From the sequence record KT454806: a stretch of 64,000 bases of DNA. One strand, 5' to 3'. A program made the translations under genes and the position numbers. Origin of the DNA: Escherichia phage SUSP2. Position 1 is the first letter of the stretch, and each line of letters begins with the position of its first letter. Below, piece after piece: positions 51,978-61,032 of the stretch. The notes under the pieces are model-generated. The model worked only from the letters and a program-made list of their open reading frames with translations. It did no database searches and was not told the origin of the DNA.

Positions 51978-52493
51978 ATGTACTTATCTAACTTGAAACG
52001 TGCTGCTGCAATGTCTGTTCTAAGACTTGACTTTGATGAACGTCAAGAGTTTATTGATTCCCATCAGTATGACCCTTCCAATTCTAATCACATGGTTCTC
52101 TGGAATCGTGGGAAGTTCCGTGACAGTTCCCTCTTTGCATACTACCCTCACTATACAATTGACAACCTCTATGAGTACTGTGTTGTCAAGAACACTATTG
52201 CAACTCTTAACAAGCTTTGTCGTTATTCTGGCAAGCAAGCCTTTACATTAGGCCACCACAAGCCCGTTACAAAAGGTGGTGAGCATCACTGTGCAAACTG
52301 GTTTATCCAGACTAAGATTGATAACCAGAAGCAAGGTGAGAGGGTTTTAGATACTCCAAAGATGACTTATGAAGAACAAAAAGAGTATCTAAGAAATAAT
52401 ATGCCACCAATGCTTGACAGGGAATATGTAGTTCTGGCAATATCTCTCCTGTTGAAATTCGAGACTGTTTATAAGGCGACTTATCATGGCTAG
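51978..52493 (+). CDS. HNH-motif endonuclease-like protein
   Basis: GHHKPVTKGGEHHCANW...N motif resembling HNH. Confidence 0.45.
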   Translation: MYLSNLKRAAAMSVLRLDFDERQEFIDSHQYDPSNSNHMVLWNRGKFRDSSLFAYYPHYTIDNLYEYCVVKNTIATLNKLCRYSGKQAFTLGHHKPVTKGGEHHCANWFIQTKIDNQKQGERVLDTPKMTYEEQKEYLRNNMPPMLDREYVVLAISLLLKFETVYKATYHG

Positions 52494-52764
52494 AGCAGAT
52501 TGGGAAATAAAAGACCTTGTAAGTGAGGCTGGCAATGGTTGTGAGATGTATATGATTCGTGGTCATGTACCAGACTCATTAGCACTTGAGATGATTGACC
52601 ATCACACAAATGGATTCTACAAAGAACTTGGTGAACCAAATGTTGAACGCACTTGGACAAAACCAGTACCGGATGGCACAGGCAACTGTTCGGTTATCTA
52701 TCACATTGTGAATCCACAAAAATGTAAAACAGCTATGGCTGTAACCTTCGTAACTTTTGATTGA
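52486..52764 (+). CDS. Hypothetical protein
   Basis: 92-aa ORF. Confidence 0.35.
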   Translation: MARADWEIKDLVSEAGNGCEMYMIRGHVPDSLALEMIDHHTNGFYKELGEPNVERTWTKPVPDGTGNCSVIYHIVNPQKCKTAMAVTFVTFD

Positions 52765-52776
52765 GAGAGATTAAAG

Positions 52777-53658
52777 ATGAAAACTATTATTACCGTACTG
52801 TTGCACTCACAGAAGAAAGGTGCTCACCAAGAAGAGTTCAACATTATCCAGTTCCCGTCTGGAGAAATCGGTGGAAACTTCTCCGAAGAACTAGTGACCT
52901 ATGCTGAAAAGAATGCTTCCCAGATTGAGAACGTCATCTTCACTGTACAGGGTTACAACAAAGATACTCTGTTTGCTTTAGCTCTGGCAAAAGAAGCTAT
53001 TGATAAACTAATTCCTCAGAAAGCAACGATGAAGACTGTCATTTTTGCTTATCTGCCAAATGCTCGTTATGACCGTCACATGTTTAAAGGTGATGCAGCA
53101 GCACTGAAGGTGTTTGCAAATCTTGTCAATGCAATGGATTTTGATGCAGTATGTGCTCTGGATGCTCATAGTGATGTTGCAGATAACTTGTTCAAATGCT
53201 TTCAGAACATCCCTCAAAAAGAGGTTGCAGCACACTATGCAAGTGAGCCAACTATTGATTTCTTGGTAGCACCAGACGCAGGAGCAGCTAAGAAGATTGC
53301 AGAGACGGCTAAAGAGGTTGATAAACCTTACGTAACAATGGCTAAGGTTCGAGACCTGAAGACTGGTGAGATTACAGGTATGCGTCTGCTTGACGATGTA
53401 GACCTGACTGGTAAAACTGTTCTCATTATTGATGATATCTGTGATGGTGGTCGTACATTCATTGAAGCAGCCAAGTATCTTCGTGAAGCTGGAGCAGCTA
53501 AAGTTGAACTGTATGTAACACACGGTATTTTCTCAAAAGGTGTTGAAAACCTGCTTGACAATGGGATTTCACACATCTACACTACAGACTCTTTAGGCAG
53601 TTCGAAAGACCGTGGTCTTACTCATTTCGGTCAAGTAACTGTAGCAAACATTTACTAA
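52777..53658 (+). CDS. Ribose-phosphate pyrophosphokinase-like protein (Prs homolog; possible ADP-ribose pyrophosphate synthetase)
   Basis: Type I PRTase PRPP-binding motif VLIIDDICDGGRT; about 293 aa; directly upstream of NAMPT-like gene. Confidence 0.6.
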   Translation: MKTIITVLLHSQKKGAHQEEFNIIQFPSGEIGGNFSEELVTYAEKNASQIENVIFTVQGYNKDTLFALALAKEAIDKLIPQKATMKTVIFAYLPNARYDRHMFKGDAAALKVFANLVNAMDFDAVCALDAHSDVADNLFKCFQNIPQKEVAAHYASEPTIDFLVAPDAGAAKKIAETAKEVDKPYVTMAKVRDLKTGEITGMRLLDDVDLTGKTVLIIDDICDGGRTFIEAAKYLREAGAAKVELYVTHGIFSKGVENLLDNGISHIYTTDSLGSSKDRGLTHFGQVTVANIY

Positions 53659-53667
53659 AATTAATCA

Positions 53668-53689
53668 GGGGCTGAAAAGCCCCACTTTG
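53668..53689 (+). other. Hairpin GGGGCT-GAAA-AGCCCC without clear U-tract
   Basis: Inverted repeat between the Prs-like and NAMPT-like genes. Confidence 0.35.
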
Positions 53690-53704
53690 AGAGAGATTAA
53701 AAAC

Positions 53705-55531
53705 ATGTCTAAATCAATCTATGCAGTTCCAGCAGGTCTTAATGCAGATGCTTACAAAGCTGGTCACATCTACCAGTATCCAAGTGCAACTCAGTATCTG
53801 ATGCTGAACCTTACACCTCGTGGTGATAAGTGGTTCAACACTCCTTTGGAGACTGATGGTGTAGTTGCTTTTGGTATCCAACGTTTTGTGAAAGATTATC
53901 TGGTAGACCACTGGAATGCAACGTTCTTTGAACGTGATAAGAAAGAAGCCGTTGATGAAATCTTAGAAATCATGAATGGTGTACTTGGTGCAGATGCCAT
54001 TGGTCGCCAACATTGGGAAGAACTTCACGACTTAGGTTATCTGCCAGTGGCAGTATACTCTGTTGAAGAAGGTACAATTGTCCCTATGCGTGTTCCAATG
54101 ATTATCTTCAAAAATACCGTTGAAGGTTTCCATTGGGTAGCTGGTTATCTGGAAGATGCTTTCTCTGCTGAAATCTGGAAAGCTTGTACCATTGCAACTA
54201 TTGCATTACATTACAAACGTATCTGTAAAGGTTGGGCTGACAAGACTTGTGACAATGACTTCCATCTGCCTTGGCAGTGTCACGACTTTGCAATGCGTGG
54301 TATGTCTGGTTTCACAGACGATGCCTTCAATGCTGTAGGCCATCTTACCAGCTTCAAAGGTACTGATAGCTTCCCTGCTGTGTATACTGCTAAACGTGCA
54401 TATGGACAGTTCATGACTGTAAGTGATATTGGTAACTCTGTTCCAGCAACTGAACACTCTGTGATGTGTGCAAACATTGCATGGAATATGAAAGACCTGT
54501 CAGAAGATGATATTCACTCACAGTATATTATGCAGTCTGATAGCTTACTGGATGCTAAACGTTGGCGTGGTGAGGTTAAAACCTTTGAACATCTTTTGGT
54601 AGATGTTTATCCAACTGGTATTGCAAGTGTTGTTTCTGATACTTACAACTTCTGGCGCACAGTTACAGAGGTTCTCCCAGAACTTCGTGAAGTAATCCTG
54701 AAACGAGATGGAAAACTGGTAATCCGTCCAGACTCTGGTGACCCTGTACACATTGTTACTGGCTATCGTGCAATTGAGTGGGAAAATGCTAAAAGTATGT
54801 ATTACAAACATATGTCAACCATTTCCCCTAACAACACTTATCTGCTTGATGCAATCTTGAATTGTAGCATGTCAGATATGGGTTATGGTTTCTCTGCTTG
54901 GTTAATCTCTGAAGGTTATGAGTTAGTTGTTGATGCAGAAGACTTTAACGTTGCTGATACAGTTAATCTGAAAGAAACTTACAAGACTGGTAAAGTTGTT
55001 GTTAAACGTATGCTGACAGCAGAAATTGATGGTGCTATCAAGACTCTATACAATATCTTTGGTGGAACTGTAAACGCTAAAGGCTACAAAGTTCTTGATG
55101 AGCACATTGGCTTAATCTACGGTGATTCTATCACTCTGGAACGTGCTGAAGAGATTCTTAGTCGTCTTGCTGAAAAGGGCTTTGCAAGTTCTAACGTTGT
55201 TTTTGGTGTTGGTTCATACACTTACCAGTACCTGACTCGTGATACCTTTGCATTCGCTGTCAAAGCAACTCTTGCACAGATAGATGGGGAAGAAATCATG
55301 CTGGCAAAAGACCCTAAAACTGATAGTGGTCTGAAGAAGTCTGCTTTTGGCGGTGTAGTCCCTATGTGGGATGGTGATAAGCTGGAAGCTGTAGATGGTT
55401 TTGGTTTTGCAGAATTTGAAAGCGTACTAGATAACCCTCAGTGTGCTCTGAAGTTGGTATTCTGTGACTCTCAGCCATATGGCTACGTTAATCTTCGTGA
55501 TGTACGAAATGTTATTGACAGACAGCTTTAA
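53705..55531 (+). CDS. Nicotinamide phosphoribosyltransferase family protein (NAMPT-like; possible Namat)
   Basis: FKGTD...YG...GNSVPATEHS motif matching the NAMPT active-site region; ATG at 53705. Confidence 0.75.
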   Translation: MSKSIYAVPAGLNADAYKAGHIYQYPSATQYLMLNLTPRGDKWFNTPLETDGVVAFGIQRFVKDYLVDHWNATFFERDKKEAVDEILEIMNGVLGADAIGRQHWEELHDLGYLPVAVYSVEEGTIVPMRVPMIIFKNTVEGFHWVAGYLEDAFSAEIWKACTIATIALHYKRICKGWADKTCDNDFHLPWQCHDFAMRGMSGFTDDAFNAVGHLTSFKGTDSFPAVYTAKRAYGQFMTVSDIGNSVPATEHSVMCANIAWNMKDLSEDDIHSQYIMQSDSLLDAKRWRGEVKTFEHLLVDVYPTGIASVVSDTYNFWRTVTEVLPELREVILKRDGKLVIRPDSGDPVHIVTGYRAIEWENAKSMYYKHMSTISPNNTYLLDAILNCSMSDMGYGFSAWLISEGYELVVDAEDFNVADTVNLKETYKTGKVVVKRMLTAEIDGAIKTLYNIFGGTVNAKGYKVLDEHIGLIYGDSITLERAEEILSRLAEKGFASSNVVFGVGSYTYQYLTRDTFAFAVKATLAQIDGEEIMLAKDPKTDSGLKKSAFGGVVPMWDGDKLEAVDGFGFAEFESVLDNPQCALKLVFCDSQPYGYVNLRDVRNVIDRQL

Positions 55532-55546
55532 ATAAGTATTATAAGA

Positions 55547-55568
55547 GGCTCCTACGGGAGCCTTTTTA
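55547..55568 (+). terminator. Rho-independent terminator
   Basis: GGCTCC-TACG-GGAGCC followed by TTTTT. Confidence 0.65.
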
Positions 55569-55584
55569 ATTTCTGGAGAATGCT

Positions 55585-55920
55585 ATGAAAATCAAACAGA
55601 TGAATATTAATATGGTCTTAGAAGAAAATTGGGATGATATCAAACGCCCTGAAGATGGTCACAAGTTCATTAATCAAATCTTGGTAGCAGCAAGAGATGA
55701 ACTTCAAGGTGAAGTGGTTGCCACGCTGACTATGAAGATTTACGTTAAAGGTCTTCCACAAAATCACCAATTAGCACTTGACCAATTCTTAGACGGATTC
55801 TATAATCCGAACAAAACAATACTAGAAGAGAACTTTGCAGTTGCCTCAAGTATTGTTCATGACCGTAGTTTCATTCTGTACAAACATGTTGGAGAAAAGT
55901 TATGCAAGGTTATTGGTTAG
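55585..55920 (+). CDS. Hypothetical protein
   Basis: 111-aa ORF. Confidence 0.4.
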   Translation: MKIKQMNINMVLEENWDDIKRPEDGHKFINQILVAARDELQGEVVATLTMKIYVKGLPQNHQLALDQFLDGFYNPNKTILEENFAVASSIVHDRSFILYKHVGEKLCKVIG

Positions 55921-56084
55921 AATTAATCATGTCATTTGGTGGCCTGATTGTAATTGGATACCTTCTGGCTAAACACTTCTTCGGTACAGAAGAGTGTGAA
56001 GATTGTGATGGTACAGGTCTGGTAGGTTATGGGTGTTGTCCTTATTGTGGTGGAACTGGAAAGAAACATAACGGAAACAGTTGA
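55902..56084 (+). CDS. Membrane-anchored mini-protein with DnaJ-type CxxCxGxG zinc-finger repeats
   Basis: N-terminal hydrophobic helix; CEDCDGTG and CPYCGGTG repeats. Confidence 0.4.
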   Translation: MQGYWLELIMSFGGLIVIGYLLAKHFFGTEECEDCDGTGLVGYGCCPYCGGTGKKHNGNS

Positions 56085-56109
56085 CAATCGGTGCAGAGTT
56101 CTTTAAAGT
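56081..56109 (+). promoter_or_regulatory. Sigma70-like promoter (TTGACA-N17-TAAAGT) for rIIA-like gene
   Basis: -35 at 56081-56086, -10 at 56104-56109. Confidence 0.45.
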
Positions 56110-56142
56110 CCCTGCATCAAACAAACCAAGAGGAAAGTTATT

Positions 56143-58509
56143 ATGCGCATGGTAAATGACCACGCAGAGGTGATTAAGAGTTCATCTTCATTAGAAACTT
56201 CTCAGGCGTCTATCACGATGACTCCTGAAATGTTCAGCCTGTTAAGTTCAGGTGTTTACACTTTTAAAGAACGTGCGGTAATCCGTGAGTTGTCATGTAA
56301 TGCTGTAGACACCCACAAAGAAGCTGGAAAAGAGAATGTGCCGTTCCGTGTACATTTGCCAACTCGTTTTGACCCATACTTTGAAGTCCGTGACTTTGGT
56401 ACTGGTCTGACTCACGAGAAGGTCATGTCTTTGTACCTGAACTATGGAGCTTCTACTAAGAATGACTCGAATGACTACATCGGTGCTATGGGTATCGGTT
56501 CAAAGTCACCTTTTGCAATCGCACAGTCATTCACCGTGTCCAGTTACGTAGATGGTGTGGTTAACAAGTACTCTGTATATCTTGAGAATGGTATTCCTCA
56601 AGTTACTAAACTGACGACCAACCCGACTACCGAACCAAATGGTTTAGCAGTTCGTGTTGCAGTAGCTGACCACCGTATTCAGAAGTTCCATGAAGAAGCG
56701 AGCAATGTATTCTCTTACTTCAAATTGAAACCAGAATGCAACGTAGAATACCGTGATATTCTTAGCGAGATGACTACCATTGTCCGTGAAGATGGTGTTT
56801 ACGATGCGATGAAGTATAAAGAGAACTGGCGTTCAAGCAATAACCAGACAAATTTCAACGTTGTCATGGGTAACATTGCTTATCCTGTTGACTTAGGAGA
56901 CTTGCTTGGTGCAGAGTTCACCAATGTTCTTCCTACATTCTTCCGTAACGCTGTAGACCTTGTTAACATCTACATGCCGATTGGTTCAGTAGCTATCGCT
57001 GCATCTCGTGAAGCATTGCAGATGAATGAGACCACCAAGAAAGCAATTACAGATGCAGTTAAAAAGATTACTGCAACAATTGTAGAAGATGTGGTAAAAC
57101 GTATTGCTGACGAACCAACTCTGGTAGATGCAGCACAGGCTTATGCAGACTTGCGAGCTAACTCTCGTGAAATCTTCCAGCATGTGTTTACCCGTCTTGA
57201 GTGGAATGGTCAGAACTTAAGTAACCTTGAGCAGAAACTTTTAAAGATTCGTCAAGGACAATTAAGTAATCAAGATGGTACTCCAAAGTTTGCGACTGAT
57301 GATTCAGGAGCTTTGGTTGTTGATAAGAGTGGTAATCATATTCCAGTGATTGGCAATCTTTATGAACCTGTTGCATACTTTAAGTACAGCCAGCTTGAGA
57401 ACAAAATTCGTGCTACTTCAGCGTTGTACACTCAGGAGGGTGCAAACTTCAGTATCTTCGGTGCAATGAGTAAGAACAAAATGTCTAACTATTTGTTCCT
57501 TATCAATGACCGTCGAAACAAAAATGGTACTGAAAAGACTGTAGGACGTAATCAGATTATTCGTGGTGCTTGCCGTGACCGTGAAAATGAAGAACCAAAC
57601 TTCCGTCGCTATAATGGTATTGTATACGTCTTCTCTGATGAGAAAGAGTTAGATGATTTTATCAGTCTTCACATGCTTGATAAGAGTCTGTTGACGATTG
57701 TTAAAATGTCTGACAAAGAGCATCACTATGTGAAGCGTACCGTGACTCGTGGTGTTGTAAAACTCTACAAAGCTTCTGTACATGAGCATGGAGTGTCCTA
57801 TGGAGAAGTGAAAGAAAACTTTGATGATATTGAAGAACCTCAGTATTATATCAAGGCTCAAAGTGATGAGGTTCTTGGTGGTATATTTAACTGTTCTCCA
57901 GAGGCGGCTGCTAAGGTATCTGCACGTTTAACTGGACAGTCAGTTTATGTGTTCCGTAAAGCAAACTGGAAGAAAATTCCTGAAGACTGGTTAGAAGTAA
58001 ATCAGCAAGTCTTCAAAGATTCTATCACTGACATTCACTGGATTGAGTTTAACCGTTTTGTAACTCGTGAATGGTGTAGTTCAAACTGTGATATCACTGA
58101 TAAAGGTGTTATTGCCAGAACGTTCCAGTTTGGTGATAAGAAGTGCTCAAGAGGTTATGTCTACAGTGCTGACTACAGCAAACGTATCTTCTTGGAAGGG
58201 AACGAAGAGGCTGTAGAAGCAATGTTTGGTAAGCTGGCTTATGTCGCTTCACCAATTGCTTATAAGGACGTTACAAGTGTTCTGCATGACTTACAACGCT
58301 TGACAAGAGCCAAGAGTAAGGTACACTCTGCAATCTACAATGCAAGAGAACGTATTAAGCAGAAACTGAGTGTGTACTTCACAGCACGTAAAGCAGAAAA
58401 CTTCTTGCTTTCTAACTTAGACTGGAATAAAGTAAGTCCTGTTGAAGTTGGTCAGTTCTTAGGATTTGATGTTAAGTGCATCCCTGAAGGAACTCAGGCT
58501 TTTGATTAA
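56143..58509 (+). CDS. rIIA: rIIA-like protein (GHKL ATPase-like N-terminus)
   Basis: 788-aa ORF, N-terminal IRELSCNAVD GHKL-type N-box; immediately upstream of clear rIIB homolog. Confidence 0.65.
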   Translation: MRMVNDHAEVIKSSSSLETSQASITMTPEMFSLLSSGVYTFKERAVIRELSCNAVDTHKEAGKENVPFRVHLPTRFDPYFEVRDFGTGLTHEKVMSLYLNYGASTKNDSNDYIGAMGIGSKSPFAIAQSFTVSSYVDGVVNKYSVYLENGIPQVTKLTTNPTTEPNGLAVRVAVADHRIQKFHEEASNVFSYFKLKPECNVEYRDILSEMTTIVREDGVYDAMKYKENWRSSNNQTNFNVVMGNIAYPVDLGDLLGAEFTNVLPTFFRNAVDLVNIYMPIGSVAIAASREALQMNETTKKAITDAVKKITATIVEDVVKRIADEPTLVDAAQAYADLRANSREIFQHVFTRLEWNGQNLSNLEQKLLKIRQGQLSNQDGTPKFATDDSGALVVDKSGNHIPVIGNLYEPVAYFKYSQLENKIRATSALYTQEGANFSIFGAMSKNKMSNYLFLINDRRNKNGTEKTVGRNQIIRGACRDRENEEPNFRRYNGIVYVFSDEKELDDFISLHMLDKSLLTIVKMSDKEHHYVKRTVTRGVVKLYKASVHEHGVSYGEVKENFDDIEEPQYYIKAQSDEVLGGIFNCSPEAAAKVSARLTGQSVYVFRKANWKKIPEDWLEVNQQVFKDSITDIHWIEFNRFVTREWCSSNCDITDKGVIARTFQFGDKKCSRGYVYSADYSKRIFLEGNEEAVEAMFGKLAYVASPIAYKDVTSVLHDLQRLTRAKSKVHSAIYNARERIKQKLSVYFTARKAENFLLSNLDWNKVSPVEVGQFLGFDVKCIPEGTQAFD

Positions 58510-58516
58510 AAATAGT

Positions 58517-58545
58517 TTGACAGGGGCTGCAAAGCCCCTTAGAAT
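58517..58545 (+). promoter_or_regulatory. Sigma70-like promoter (TTGACA-N17-TAGAAT) with GNRA hairpin in spacer
   Basis: -35 at 58517-58522, -10 at 58540-58545; spacer is GGGGCT-GCAA-AGCCCC. Confidence 0.5.
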
Positions 58546-58588
58546 ACGAACCACTAAGTAATATTAACTAACAAGAGAGAGTAATAAG

Positions 58589-59698
58589 ATGACTACTAAA
58601 ACTAAAGCACAAATCGACGCAGAAATCTATGCACTGGTTCAGGAAGGTAAACTGACCAAAACTGCCATTGCAATGAAGTATAACACTTCTACTCGTTCCG
58701 TTGGTCGTGCTGTAGAACGTCACGAAGCAACACTGAAAGGTGCTAAGAAAGCAACTTCCAAGCCAGCTAAACAGACTCTGAAACAGATTGCAAAGTCTGC
58801 TAAGAAGACGTCTACTAAGCCAGTTGCCAAGGCTGTTAAAGAGGCAGTGAAGAAAGAACCTGTTAACCAACTGCACGAAGCAATGCAGAATGGTAACCAG
58901 ATTGAGTACATGATTACTGGTGATTCTGTTATCATGACTTTCGGTGCAGATTCTGAAATCGTTGAGTCTACCCATCCGAACTATAAAGAAATCGTGATGG
59001 CTGTTGTAGGTGGTGAGTACAAGAAAGCTTTCGAACTGATGAACATTCGTAAGTCTATTGAGAACTTCACTCAGGGTGCAATCACCATCAAAGGCGATAA
59101 CCTGTACTACGGTGCTGTTCAAATGCGTTCCACTCTGGTAGACCGTATTCTGGATATGATGAAAGCTGGCGACGATGGCTTTAAACGTCTGGTAGCATTC
59201 TTCGAAAAACTGATGGAAAACCCATCCAAAGATTCTGTAGAACAACTTTGGGGATTTGTATCCCACCTTGACGTTGAGATTGATGAAGAAGGTTATATCA
59301 TCGGTTGGAAGAAAGTTACAACTCGTGGTGGTAAGCTGTTTGACTCCCGTACCTGCAAAGTTCCTAATGATTTGGGTAACGTTGTAGAGATGCCACGCTG
59401 GATGGTTGATAATGACCGTACAGTAACTTGCTCTCAAGGTCTGCATGTTGGTGCTTGGGATTATGTCCGTAGCTTCTCTGGTGACACTATCCTGAAAGTT
59501 CGTGTACATCCACGAGACGTTGTATCTGTACCAACTGACTACCAAGATATGAAAATGCGAGCTTCCCGTTATGAAGTTGCAGCAATTGTGAATGGTCAGC
59601 GTCAGGTTGTCAAAGAGTGGGATGGCAAATCTGAAGCACTGCATGTTGTTGTAGGCACTGCTGGTGAACTGATTTCTCAGCGTAAACGTGAAATCTAA
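58589..59698 (+). CDS. rIIB: rIIB-like protein
   Basis: Multiple blocks recalled from T4 rIIB (LVDRILD, ENPSK, CSQGLHV, VHPRDVVSVP-DY-D-KMR). Confidence 0.75.
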   Translation: MTTKTKAQIDAEIYALVQEGKLTKTAIAMKYNTSTRSVGRAVERHEATLKGAKKATSKPAKQTLKQIAKSAKKTSTKPVAKAVKEAVKKEPVNQLHEAMQNGNQIEYMITGDSVIMTFGADSEIVESTHPNYKEIVMAVVGGEYKKAFELMNIRKSIENFTQGAITIKGDNLYYGAVQMRSTLVDRILDMMKAGDDGFKRLVAFFEKLMENPSKDSVEQLWGFVSHLDVEIDEEGYIIGWKKVTTRGGKLFDSRTCKVPNDLGNVVEMPRWMVDNDRTVTCSQGLHVGAWDYVRSFSGDTILKVRVHPRDVVSVPTDYQDMKMRASRYEVAAIVNGQRQVVKEWDGKSEALHVVVGTAGELISQRKREI

Positions 59699-59715
59699 TA
59701 AGTAAATTCTTAAAG

Positions 59716-59738
59716 GGCTGCTTCGGCAGCCTTTTTTA
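59716..59738 (+). terminator. Rho-independent terminator (UUCG loop)
   Basis: GGCTGC-TTCG-GCAGCC followed by TTTTTT. Confidence 0.65.
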
Positions 59739-59798
59739 TTTGTGTTTTGTGCAGAGTAGTGTATAATTGCTTGCATGTTGAACTAAACAGGAGAACCA

Positions 59799-60350
59799 AT
59801 GAAGAAGTTCATTTTAGGTTTGTGCTTATTCTTAACAGCACATTTGGCAGTCGCTTCAGACTGTCCAGAATTATCCATCAGTCAGAAAACAAACATGCTT
59901 AAAGCTTATCACTACGGTGAGAAAGAGATGGGTAAAGGTTGGGGATTAACCTTAGCCGCTATAGCCTTACAAGAGTCAGAGTTAGGTCTTCGTCTTGAAA
60001 ATAAAAAGACTCACGATTATGGATTGTTCCAGAATCACTTGAAGACTGTTGTAAAGCGTAACAAAGTTAGCCCAAGCGTAGCTAAGAAGAAACTTATCAG
60101 AGACTTCAATTATGCTGCAAAGGAGACACACAAAGAGCTTCAGTTCTGGACTAAGGTTCATGGTAATCCTAATGGGAAATACTCTTTACAGCGTGTCTTA
60201 GCTTCATATAATGCAGGGTACTCATACCGCATTCCAAAAGCTAGACAATACTCTCAAGATGTGTACAATAACATGAAGGTGCTTGCTCAATGTGAGTTTG
60301 CAACAAACATCAAAAAGGTTAAACATGAGCGAATTAAAACAATTGGATAA
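59799..60350 (+). CDS. Secreted lytic transglycosylase (SLT domain) with signal peptide; endolysin candidate
   Basis: Signal peptide MKKFILGLCLFLTAHLAVA; SLT motifs QESELG, GLFQ, SYNAGYSY. Confidence 0.55.
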   Translation: MKKFILGLCLFLTAHLAVASDCPELSISQKTNMLKAYHYGEKEMGKGWGLTLAAIALQESELGLRLENKKTHDYGLFQNHLKTVVKRNKVSPSVAKKKLIRDFNYAAKETHKELQFWTKVHGNPNGKYSLQRVLASYNAGYSYRIPKARQYSQDVYNNMKVLAQCEFATNIKKVKHERIKTIG

Positions 60351-61020
60351 GGTATTTTGTCACGCTTACGATATCAATCCTCTGGCTATAGATATCAGTG
60401 CTGCAAGCTGGACAGACCTTATGAAAGAAGACTTTGCAGATACTGCAAGGGCTGTTGAATGTGACTTCAAAGATTTTCATTCATCTGCTGAAACAGTTCT
60501 CTGTACAGACCTTCAAACAGGTAAGTCAGTATCAGTTAAGCGTGACAGCTTAATCTTGGTTGCAAAAGACCTTGATATGAAGAAGCCAATGGTTTTAACA
60601 GATATTGATGGCGTTCTCACTAAGTTTGATAAGCCAACAAACTCAACGTATCTGGAAGATGGAACTCTGTCACAGTATACAAACTTGATTGAGTCAGTTG
60701 ATGCACAACCTACGTACATCTTTAACATCATTTCAGGCATTCACAAGAGTGCTGCAATCGGTGTTTTAACTGCTCGTGGTGAGTCTCAACGTGTACCAAC
60801 TCATTTGTTTATTGATAAACACATTGTAACTGACTACATGCTCTTTATGCGTGGTTTTGGTTCAAACAGAATCAGTGCAGAAAGTTTGAAAGTTCGTATG
60901 ATTCAGTCTTGCATTCTTCCGTACTATGATGTAGTATGCTTTATAGAAGATACAGTAAAGAATGTTGAGAAGGTTAAACGAATCCTTCCAGACATTAACA
61001 CAATGCTTATCAAACACTAA
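60325..61020 (+). CDS. HAD-like hydrolase (possible nucleotidase/phosphatase)
   Basis: DxDGV motif (LTDIDGVL); ATG at 60325 overlapping upstream gene end. Confidence 0.35.
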   Translation: MSELKQLDKVFCHAYDINPLAIDISAASWTDLMKEDFADTARAVECDFKDFHSSAETVLCTDLQTGKSVSVKRDSLILVAKDLDMKKPMVLTDIDGVLTKFDKPTNSTYLEDGTLSQYTNLIESVDAQPTYIFNIISGIHKSAAIGVLTARGESQRVPTHLFIDKHIVTDYMLFMRGFGSNRISAESLKVRMIQSCILPYYDVVCFIEDTVKNVEKVKRILPDINTMLIKH

Positions 61021-61032
61021 GAGAGAGAAATC

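Noticed and set aside
53008-53523. 171-aa - strand ORF inside the Prs-like gene
   Set aside because: Antisense to a motif-supported gene; Cys-rich artefactual translation.
58568-59776. 402-aa ORF on the - strand overlapping the rIIB-like gene
   Set aside because: Antisense to a gene with clear homology-like motifs; the translation is Cys/Phe-rich and implausible. The + strand gene has its own promoter, RBS and terminator.
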